Shown here piece after piece: positions 28,123-35,322 of a stretch of DNA of 35,322 nt. A program made the position numbers and the translations under genes. This DNA is from Coriobacteriales bacterium. Lineage in GTDB: Bacteria; Actinomycetota; Coriobacteriia; Coriobacteriales; UBA8131. The first letter of the stretch is position 1; each line of letters starts with the position of its first letter. The notes under the pieces are model-generated. The model saw nothing but the letters and a program-made list of their open reading frames with translations. It did no database searches and was not told the origin of the DNA. The stretch lies in NCBI GenBank assembly GCA_031263105.1, contig JAISGJ010000030.1:1-35322 (forward strand), read 5' to 3'.

Positions 28123-30402
28123 ATGAAGGAGAAGGAGATCACGCGCCGTAGCTTTCTTGCAGGACTTGCCGCAGCAGGGGTCGTAGCCGCAGGAGGCGCC
28201 GCAGGGTGTGCGCCGGCCTCGAACGGCGCTGCCGGCCCAGGCGCCGGCCCAGAAGCAGCGGGAGGCACAGACGCAATCGTCCAATCGTCGAACGATGCCG
28301 TGGCCGCCCGCCAACATGCCGCACTCCTCAATCCGCAGGACTACGACTTTCGCGGCAGCTCGATTACGGACTGGAACGGCACCACGCTGTTCTCCGACTG
28401 GACCTTCGGCAACCTGACGATGCACAACCGCATGGTCAAGTCCGCCGCCGGGAGCGCATATATGCCGTTCTGGACCACCGAGATGACCATCGCCGAATAC
28501 ACCCATTGGGCCAAGGGCGGCGTGGAGCTGATGTATATCGAGGACTACGCCAGCCTGCTGGAGCACTTCCCCGCCTTCTACAAGGTGCGCAACCGTGAGA
28601 ACTCCGACCTCAAGCAGATAGTCGATGCCATCCATGCCGAGGGCGCCTATTGCGGCTACCAGCTGTCGCTGATGGGCGCCTCCTTCAGCGGGTTCGATGC
28701 CTCCACAGCGCCCGAGTTCGCCTGTGCGCACGCTGACGACCTGACGCTCGAGGAAGTCGAACTGGTGCAGCAGGACTTCATCGACGCCGCCAAATGGCTG
28801 CAGGACCAAGGTTGCGACTGCGTGGAGATCAACGCCGCCGGCAACAACATAGGCCAGGCCTTCCTCTCGCGCAACCGCAACGCACGGACGGACGAGTACG
28901 GCCCGCAGAGCTTCGAGAACCGCACGCGCTTCGTCTGCGACATGATCAAGGGCATCAAGGAGCTCTGCGGGGCGGACTTCCCTGTCCAGGTGCTGATCAA
29001 CGCCATCGAGGAGAACGACTACGACCTGGGCCAGAACGCCACCCTCACCACGGTCGAGGAGAACCTGCAGATGGTGAAGCTGTTCGAGGCCGCCGGCGCG
29101 GACAGCCTGCACGTCCGCCTTGGGCCCTTCAACAACCATCCGGCCGAGTTCGCCTCCGACATGTACTTCACCGGCTTCGGCATCGACGGCACGACCGGCT
29201 ATGGCAACCAGTTCGACTTCGAGCGTCACTTCGAGGGGAAGCTGATTGCCGACCACTCCGGTTGCGGCATGCTCCTGGACATCGCAGCCGAGTTCAAGGG
29301 CGCCGTGGGCATCCCGGTGGGCACCGTGACCTACATGGATCCTGCCCACGCCCCGGACTTCTTCGAGGCGGCGCTTGCGGACGGCAAACTGGACTTCTAC
29401 CTGATGAATCGACCGTTCATGGTGGACCCGGACTACATCAACAAGCTCAAGGAGGGCCGAGCAGACGAGATCCGCCCCTGCAACCGCTGCCTGCATTGTC
29501 ACTTCGACCTGGACGAGGAAGGCAACTTCTACGAGCACTGCCGCATGAACGCGACCCACATGCGCGCCTACCTGGACCTGATGCCCGAGGGGCCGGACAT
29601 CCCGGCGGGGAACGGCGAGAAGAAGGTGCTGGTCGTTGGGGCGGGACCCGCCGGCATGGAGGCTGCCCGTGTCGCCGCCCTGCGCGGCTACCAGGTCACG
29701 CTGTACGACAAGAAGGGCAGTGTGGGCGGTCTGCTGGAGTTCGCCGCTAACGTCAAGGGCCCGCACGAGAACCTCCAGCGCGACCGCGAGTACTTCGCGC
29801 GGCAACTGGAGGTCACCGGCGTCGAGGTGGTCACGGGCACAGAGGTGGACGCAGCCTTCATCAAGGAGCAGGCACCTGATGCGGTGGTCATCGCCACAGG
29901 CGGCCTTCGCCCTGCGCTGGACATCGAGGGGACGCCTTCGACCAAGGTCGTTTCCATCGACGACTTCCTGACCACGGAGCTGGGTGACAACGTGACGATC
30001 CTGGGCGAGAACGCACAGGCCGTCGATGCCGCACTCAAATTGCTCTCAGAGGGCAAACGGGTGACCATTGCCTCTCCCCTGCCGCTCGAGGCCTTGGACA
30101 AAGGGCAGAGCGACCACATCAAGGGCTTCGTCATCCCCATGCTCTACACGCTCGGCACCCGCATATGGCCGAACGCCGCGATAAGGTCCGTGGGCGACGG
30201 AGAGGTGACCATCAGCTGCGACACGGGCGTGGACATGACCTATGCCTGCGACGCCGTGGTCGTGGCCGTGGACATGCTGCCCGACACCGGCCTCTCGTCC
30301 GCGCTGGGCGACATGGAGGTCTATTCCGTAGGCGACTGCAACAGGCCCTTCAACATCGCCGAGGCGATCACGGCAGGAAACCTGGCCGCCCGCAAGATCT
30401 AG
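28123..30402 (+). CDS. Tat-lipoprotein OYE-family (FadH/enoate reductase/BaiCD-type architecture) FMN/FAD/[4Fe-4S] oxidoreductase
   Basis: AAGGAGG RBS; ITRRSFLAG signal with AAGC lipobox; HNRMVKSA, RTDEYG..FENRTRF, RPFMVDPD, IRPCNRCLHC..C, VLVVGAGPAGMEAA, VIATG, VGDC. Confidence 0.9.
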   Translation: MKEKEITRRSFLAGLAAAGVVAAGGAAGCAPASNGAAGPGAGPEAAGGTDAIVQSSNDAVAARQHAALLNPQDYDFRGSSITDWNGTTLFSDWTFGNLTMHNRMVKSAAGSAYMPFWTTEMTIAEYTHWAKGGVELMYIEDYASLLEHFPAFYKVRNRENSDLKQIVDAIHAEGAYCGYQLSLMGASFSGFDASTAPEFACAHADDLTLEEVELVQQDFIDAAKWLQDQGCDCVEINAAGNNIGQAFLSRNRNARTDEYGPQSFENRTRFVCDMIKGIKELCGADFPVQVLINAIEENDYDLGQNATLTTVEENLQMVKLFEAAGADSLHVRLGPFNNHPAEFASDMYFTGFGIDGTTGYGNQFDFERHFEGKLIADHSGCGMLLDIAAEFKGAVGIPVGTVTYMDPAHAPDFFEAALADGKLDFYLMNRPFMVDPDYINKLKEGRADEIRPCNRCLHCHFDLDEEGNFYEHCRMNATHMRAYLDLMPEGPDIPAGNGEKKVLVVGAGPAGMEAARVAALRGYQVTLYDKKGSVGGLLEFAANVKGPHENLQRDREYFARQLEVTGVEVVTGTEVDAAFIKEQAPDAVVIATGGLRPALDIEGTPSTKVVSIDDFLTTELGDNVTILGENAQAVDAALKLLSEGKRVTIASPLPLEALDKGQSDHIKGFVIPMLYTLGTRIWPNAAIRSVGDGEVTISCDTGVDMTYACDAVVVAVDMLPDTGLSSALGDMEVYSVGDCNRPFNIAEAITAGNLAARKI

Positions 30403-30422
30403 GAAGACATCGGCTTCCTCTC

Positions 30423-30477
30423 GTCGTCGACAGGGTGCCGATTCCCTCCTTCGATAGGGATCGGCACCCGCGACGAC
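30423..30477. terminator. GC-rich hairpin between convergent genes; probable bidirectional terminator
   Basis: GTCGTCG..GGGTGCCGAT(T)CCCT pairs with AGGGATCGGCACCC.CGACGAC; no U-tract. Confidence 0.6.
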
Positions 30478-30516
30478 AGGAAGGCATGGACCCGTGGTGC
30501 CCGCAGCGGCACCTCC

Positions 30517-32043
30517 CTAACCGGCTGCCTCCTCCGATGCCTTCAGGAAGTCCGGCTCCATGACGTCCGTCTGGGAAATGGGGTCGACGCCCTCCTCCAG
30601 GCGTTGCTGCTCCTCACGGGAGAGGCCCTTCCAGTCGGCCTCGATGCCGCGGCTTTTGTCCAGCGCCCCGGAGACAAGGCCGGGCACGGCATACGCGAGC
30701 GTGCAGGCGATCAGCCCGTAGAGGTTGACGCCCAGCAGCATCGCCGACTTGCCCCCTCCGATCGCAAGCCCGCCGACGAGGCCCGGCGCAAAGGAATAGG
30801 CGAACCCGAGCGCTATCCCTATCCAAAAACAGAGATGGAACCCGATCTTCGTCGGTTTGACCCTGCCATGCAGGAGGAATATGGGGCCAAGTCCCATTAT
30901 CATCGTTCCCGATATGGTCGTGGCTGCCAGGATGTCGGTGCCTACGATCATCGGCAGATTGCCTATGAAGGCGAACAGCACCATGACCGCCATGCCGAGG
31001 GGCCGCGCCTTGGTGCCCAGGCTTCTCCCGATAATGCCCGGCAGGTCGCGCGCGGTGAGCTTTGCGAGGCTCGAGAACGCGGAGTCCAAGGTGGAGCCCG
31101 CAGCGAATATCATGAGGATCGCCATGGCGAAGAACGCCGCCATCGAGCTTGCCGCGCCCACCTGGGCAGGGACGTTCGAGGTGAGCGGGAGCCCGGACAG
31201 CTGGGCATGGATGCCCACGAAGCTGAAGAGCAGGATCGCCACAAACCCGAGGATGCCCGAGATGACGAATGCCTTGACCATCGTCTTCTTCTCGGTGATG
31301 AAGCCTCGGTCGGTCAGCACCGGATCGTGGAACGGATAGCTGAAAAGCTGCAACACCGTGACCAGCAGCAGGTCGACGCCCGTATTGAGGGACCAGACGC
31401 CCGTCGTCACATAGTCGTTGAACGAATGCTGCGGCAGGATCCAAATGGCGAGCCCAAGGAGCACCACGGCGAACAGGATGGTCTGCACGGCATCCGTCAC
31501 GATCGAGCTGCGGAGACCTCCCCACATCGCATACGCAAGGGTCACAAGCGTAAAGAGCGTCGCCGCAAGGATGAAATACGTGCTTCCGGACTCGCCGTAA
31601 TAGCCGCCCACCACCGAGGAGTTGCTCCACACCTCGTTGAAGAGACGGATGAGTATCGCAAGGGCGAACACGAAGGCCGCCGCTATGCCATAGTGCTTGC
31701 TGAGGAAGCTGACGAGGCCGGTGGCGGCGAACCGGGTGCGCAGCCGGTAGATGGCGAAGCCGGCGAGCGGGATGCAGAGCCAGTAGGTCGCATACGCCAC
31801 GCCCCCGACAAGCCCGTACTCGCTGCCGAGGTTGGCTGCATTGGTGACGGACTTGGCGAATATCCAGCTGATGAAGATGCTGGTGGTGAGCAGGAAGAGC
31901 GAAGCCGGTTTGCCCTTCTTGTTCTCTCCCCTGAAGAAGCTGCCGATGGTCACCGCCTTGGGGGAGATGATGATCATGGCCACGCCGTATACGAGCAGAA
32001 AGCCCCAGAAGAATATCCCGGTCCAACCAGACATGTCGATCAT
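30517..32043 (-). CDS. Sodium:solute symporter (SSS) family transporter
   Basis: About 13 TM segments; ISWIFAKS, YAMWGGLRSSIVTDAVQ, SYPFHDPVLTDRGF, AGSTLDS; GAGGAG RBS before the ATG at 32043. Confidence 0.88.
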   Translation of the reverse strand: MIDMSGWTGIFFWGFLLVYGVAMIIISPKAVTIGSFFRGENKKGKPASLFLLTTSIFISWIFAKSVTNAANLGSEYGLVGGVAYATYWLCIPLAGFAIYRLRTRFAATGLVSFLSKHYGIAAAFVFALAILIRLFNEVWSNSSVVGGYYGESGSTYFILAATLFTLVTLAYAMWGGLRSSIVTDAVQTILFAVVLLGLAIWILPQHSFNDYVTTGVWSLNTGVDLLLVTVLQLFSYPFHDPVLTDRGFITEKKTMVKAFVISGILGFVAILLFSFVGIHAQLSGLPLTSNVPAQVGAASSMAAFFAMAILMIFAAGSTLDSAFSSLAKLTARDLPGIIGRSLGTKARPLGMAVMVLFAFIGNLPMIVGTDILAATTISGTMIMGLGPIFLLHGRVKPTKIGFHLCFWIGIALGFAYSFAPGLVGGLAIGGGKSAMLLGVNLYGLIACTLAYAVPGLVSGALDKSRGIEADWKGLSREEQQRLEEGVDPISQTDVMEPDFLKASEEAAG

Positions 32044-32162
32044 GGACAACACTCCTCTTCCGAATAGCGCCGTGTGCATGGCAAAGCGGTTACGAGGGTA
32101 GCACAACTACAAGACTAGCGCAACTACTGGACTATTTCTAGTAGCCTTTCGAGAGTATCATC

Positions 32163-32360
32163 GTTACTGTACACACCCTTACTGTCATTCCGAGCGCAGC
32201 GAAGGTCCTTCTCTGCGCTCAGGATAAACTCCGTCGAGGAATCCTTGGGCACGCCAGCGCCCAACTGCGGCCGGGGGGACGCGTCTGCCCGCAGTCGGCT
32301 GCTTCGCAGCCGAAGATTCCTCGGCTTCGCTCGGAATGACAGTGGGGTGTGTACAGTAAC
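32163..32360. mobile_element. MITE-like element copy E (198 bp)
   Basis: GTTACTGTACACACCCTTACTGTCATTCCGAGCG ... CGCTCGGAATGACAGTGGGGTGTGTACAGTAAC; direct repeat GTATCATC at 32155-32162 and 32361-32368. Confidence 0.92.
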
Positions 32361-32362
32361 GT

Positions 32363-32479
32363 ATCATCGTTCACGCCCCACTGTCATTCCGAGCCCTTCG
32401 GCTGCGCTCAGGGCAAGCTGCGGCGCTGCCGGAGGCGGCGGCGCTGCCGGGGAGTCCTCGGCGGAGTTTATCCTGAGTG
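32363..32479. repeat. Degenerate one-ended copy F of the same element; it supplies the stop codon of the adjacent gene
   Basis: ATCATCGTTCACGCCCCACTGTCATTCCGAGC...; TCCTCGGCGGAGTTTATCCTGAG is the near reverse complement of CTCAGGATAAACTCCGTCGAGGA in copy E. Confidence 0.75.
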
Positions 32480-33463
32480 CTCTCTGCTCACGACCTCAAA
32501 GCCGCCGAGCAGGGCGTTGCCGACCTCGTCTGCGGGGCCTCCTTCGATGCGTCCACGATACGAGACGGCGGCCGGGCTCCGTGTGGGCCACCTGCTGTCG
32601 AACCATTGCAGGTACGCATCATGGTCGTAGCACAGGGGGACCGCCTCTACGGAGACCCCGTCCACGCACGCACGGTACAGCGCCGACGGCGAAGGCGCCG
32701 CCCCCACACGCGTCGCCAGCCCATACTGCGTCCCTCGGAAGTTCGGCATCCCGGCCGCACCGTTGTTGACGACCGCTCCGGACCCCAGCGTGACCGCTGC
32801 CGGTGCGCAGGTGTGCGTCGTGGCCAACACGGCGACCCCGTTGACGCGCATCCACGTGTCGAGCTCGCCTTGGCGCACGGCATCCCGGAGGGAGTCACGC
32901 GAGCATCCCCAGCCCCCGACCAGCCTCTCGTCGCCATGCGTCACCGCGACCCGCCGACCGTCCACGCGCGCCACGGCCGTGCTGGCGCGCCCTTGGAGCG
33001 GCTCCTTGAGCCGGGGGCTCTGCGCGAGCATGTGCGCGAGCGTCGCATGGATGCGGTTGGACCTGCCCACGACGGCATCCGACACGCTGTCCGGGTAGGC
33101 GCAGCCGCATCCGGCCCCGACATCGCCTGCGCGGCGCAGCTCGAACTCCACGTTGCCGACGAGGGCCTGATACCGTGCGATGCGACGCTCGATCTCGGAG
33201 AAGTCCTCGGGCAGACGGTCGAACCAGTGGACGTCGCCGTTGAGCACGACATGGACCGTGCCCGTCTCGGCAGCGACCAGCCGATCGAGCGCATCGAGCG
33301 CAAAGCGGTTGCCGTACAGGCCGCCGACCACGAACAGGGTGTCGCACGACGGCTCGGGGCCGCCTGAAAAGGCATCGGCCTCGATGCGATAGTCCGCCGG
33401 GCATACCCTCCCGGCACTCCTGGGGCTGCGGTGCCCGCCCGCGCCCGTTGCGCATCCGCCCAT
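32468..33463 (-). CDS. Calcineurin-like metallophosphoesterase-fold protein of unknown function
   Basis: VVGGLYGN, LNGDVHWFD, GNVE, GCGCAYP, THGD, HTC, NNGAAG follow the order of the MPP motifs; start position uncertain. Confidence 0.72.
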   Translation of the reverse strand: MGGCATGAGGHRSPRSAGRVCPADYRIEADAFSGGPEPSCDTLFVVGGLYGNRFALDALDRLVAAETGTVHVVLNGDVHWFDRLPEDFSEIERRIARYQALVGNVEFELRRAGDVGAGCGCAYPDSVSDAVVGRSNRIHATLAHMLAQSPRLKEPLQGRASTAVARVDGRRVAVTHGDERLVGGWGCSRDSLRDAVRQGELDTWMRVNGVAVLATTHTCAPAAVTLGSGAVVNNGAAGMPNFRGTQYGLATRVGAAPSPSALYRACVDGVSVEAVPLCYDHDAYLQWFDSRWPTRSPAAVSYRGRIEGGPADEVGNALLGGFEVVSREHSG

Positions 33464-33484
33464 AACGGAAGGCTGGCCCCGCCC

Positions 33485-35098
33485 TCACTTCCAGTGGGCG
33501 TAAAGGGTGATGTTCCTGGTCACCTTCGTCTCGGGCAGCGCCCTCGTCGCGTTACTCGCCTTGCTGGTATACCAGCCCGTGAACGTGTAGCCTGTGCGCG
33601 TGGGGTTGAAGACCTGGCCCAGGGCCGTGCCCTTGTTGCGCTGGATGCTCGTGGGTGCGCCCTTGTCCAGCTTGCCGCCGTTGGCGTTGAAGGTCACCGT
33701 GTAGGTCGTCCTGCCGAGCAGTACGACGGGGATCTTGGCAGCGACCGCATAGATATGCGCCTTCGATTTGGCGTTGCACTTGACGGTGAGGTACGAGCAG
33801 AGGGCAAAGGCGTTCTTCCCTATCGCCTTGACGGAGGCGGGGACGGTGATGGACTTGAGGGCATGGCAGCGGTAGAAGGAGCCCGCCCCCAGGGAGGTGA
33901 CGCTGCTCGGCACCGTGAACGTGGTGAGGGCAAGGCAGTGGGAGAAGGCCTCGGCCCCTATCGAGCGGACCGTGGTCGGGATGCTGACGGACCTGAGCGC
34001 GGTACAGGAGCTGAACGTGAACGGCTCGATCGTCCTTACGCCCTTGGGGATCCTGACGGAGACGAGGGACGAGCAGTGGTAGAAGGCGTGGTCCTTTATC
34101 GTGGTGACGGAGGTGGGGATGCTGACGGACCTGAGCTTCGAGCACTTGAAGAAGAGGTAGTTGCCCAAGGTCTTGACGCCTTGGGGGATTGCGAGGGAGG
34201 CAAGCGAGGTGCAGAACTCGAAGGCATGGTCCCGTATCGAGACGACACTGCCCGGAAGACTGACGGACCTGAGCCTCGAACACTGCGAGAAAACGTAGTT
34301 CCCTATCATCCTGACCCCGCTCTCCACCTTGACGGAGACGAGGGACGTGCAGCGATAGAAGAGGTAGTCCCCCATCGAGATGACGCTGCCGGGGATGGTG
34401 ATGGACTTGAGGGCGGTGCAGTCCTGGAAGACATGCGACGCCATCGAGGTGACGGATCTGGGGAGGGTGATGGAGGCGAGCCTCGTGCAGCCGGAGAAGG
34501 CGTAGTAGCCTATCGAGGCGACGCCATAGGCGAGGGTGACGGACCTGAGGCCGGTGCACTTGTAGAAGGCGTAGTTCATGATCGCGCTCACCGTGCCGGA
34601 GATTCTGGCGGAGGTGAGGGAGGTGCAGCCCTGGAAGGCGGCGTACTCTATCGAGGTGACGCCTTCTTCGACGACGAGCGTCCTGATGGAGCCGGCATAT
34701 GCGCGCCAAGGGGCCTTCTTGGTGGCATCGTTGTAGCGGGCCATCGCCCCTGTGCCGGATATGGTGAGCTTTCCGGCCGCATCGAGCACCCAGGTGAGGC
34801 CGATGCCGCAGGTGCCCCTCCTGACCGCAAGCGGGGAAAGGTCGGAGGCATCCGTGGCAAGGTCCTTCCGCAAGAGCGCAAGGTCGCCCTGCGGCGCCTT
34901 GCCAGGCTGCGCCGGGACGGACTTGGAAGCGGGAGGCACGGCCCCGGTTTCGTCGACCGGCGCGGATCCTGCGTCCGTGCCCGTCCCGACATCCGGTTCG
35001 ATGCCGGATGCCACAGATGCCCCGGCCAGGGAGAACGCCAACAGGAATGCCAGCAGGCCGGTGAGCCCCTTGCGCAGTGCTGTGTTCATAGGTGCCAT
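33485..35098 (-). CDS. Secreted BspA-type leucine-rich-repeat surface protein with C-terminal InlB B-repeat
   Basis: Signal peptide; many 23-aa repeats of the type SVTSIGxxAFxxCTSLxSxTIP; YTVTFNANGG..PTRTGYTFTGWYT..ITLYAHWK. Confidence 0.92.
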   Translation of the reverse strand: MAPMNTALRKGLTGLLAFLLAFSLAGASVASGIEPDVGTGTDAGSAPVDETGAVPPASKSVPAQPGKAPQGDLALLRKDLATDASDLSPLAVRRGTCGIGLTWVLDAAGKLTISGTGAMARYNDATKKAPWRAYAGSIRTLVVEEGVTSIEYAAFQGCTSLTSARISGTVSAIMNYAFYKCTGLRSVTLAYGVASIGYYAFSGCTRLASITLPRSVTSMASHVFQDCTALKSITIPGSVISMGDYLFYRCTSLVSVKVESGVRMIGNYVFSQCSRLRSVSLPGSVVSIRDHAFEFCTSLASLAIPQGVKTLGNYLFFKCSKLRSVSIPTSVTTIKDHAFYHCSSLVSVRIPKGVRTIEPFTFSSCTALRSVSIPTTVRSIGAEAFSHCLALTTFTVPSSVTSLGAGSFYRCHALKSITVPASVKAIGKNAFALCSYLTVKCNAKSKAHIYAVAAKIPVVLLGRTTYTVTFNANGGKLDKGAPTSIQRNKGTALGQVFNPTRTGYTFTGWYTSKASNATRALPETKVTRNITLYAHWK

Positions 35099-35189
35099 GG
35101 TGTTCCCTTTCGGTTATGCCTTCGACAGGCCCCCTCGGCCTGATGGGTCGTGTTATGCGTCCTGGGGCGTTATACGTCCCGGAGCCCGT

Positions 35190-35322
35190 CTAGCCCGCCT
35201 TGGTCCAGCGGGCGTAGAGGACGAGGTCCTTCGGCACCTTCGTGGTGGCGGCGACCTTCGAGCCCTTCGCCTTGCCGGTGTACCAGCCGAGGAAGGTGTA
35301 GCCGGTGCGCTTGGCCACCGGG
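35190..35322 (-). CDS. 3' end of a protein ending in an InlB B-repeat (truncated by window edge)
   Basis: PVAKRTGYTFLGWYTGKAKGSKVAATTKVPKDLVLYARWTKAG, then TAG at 35190-35192. Confidence 0.8.
   Translation of the reverse strand, partial: PVAKRTGYTFLGWYTGKAKGSKVAATTKVPKDLVLYARWTKAG

Overview
High-GC bacterial window whose gene families (multi-pass membrane LuxR regulators next to Mo-bis-PGD and flavin oxidoreductases, Tat lipoproteins) suggest class Coriobacteriia (inference). In order it holds: (1) a cytoplasmic pyrogallol-transhydroxylase-like Mo enzyme (large and small subunit) plus a small Zn-ribbon/Pro-rich protein, divergent from a membrane LuxR; (2) a Tat-exported DmsA-like operon with two DmsB paralogues, a TorD/DmsD chaperone, a heme-c (CxxCH) histidine kinase and an OmpR-type regulator, but no membrane anchor; (3) an AraC + MptD-type ECF + YbtPQ/IrtAB-like ABC locus, whose ECF ATPase is fused to the first ABC half-transporter, frameshifted near its 5' end and hit by an insertion at its start codon; (4) a lower-GC patch with a DUF1902/HicA toxin-antitoxin pair, a HicB remnant, an AraC gene and a VOC gene; (5) rubredoxin, a headless flavodoxin-domain remnant and a DUF362 Fe-S protein; (6) a membrane LuxR with a Tat-lipoprotein OYE-family flavoenzyme that has altered catalytic and NAD(P)H motifs; (7) a Na+:solute symporter and a metallophosphoesterase-like protein; (8) LRR/InlB-B-repeat surface proteins. 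The strongest non-coding signal is a family of 85-198 bp non-autonomous elements: five complete copies, each flanked by an exact 8-bp target-site duplication, plus two partial copies. They have GTTACTGTNCACACCC ends wrapped around inverted GTCATT/CCCGAGC REP-like hairpins and lie at gene 5' ends. All family calls are by motif recognition; no database search was run.
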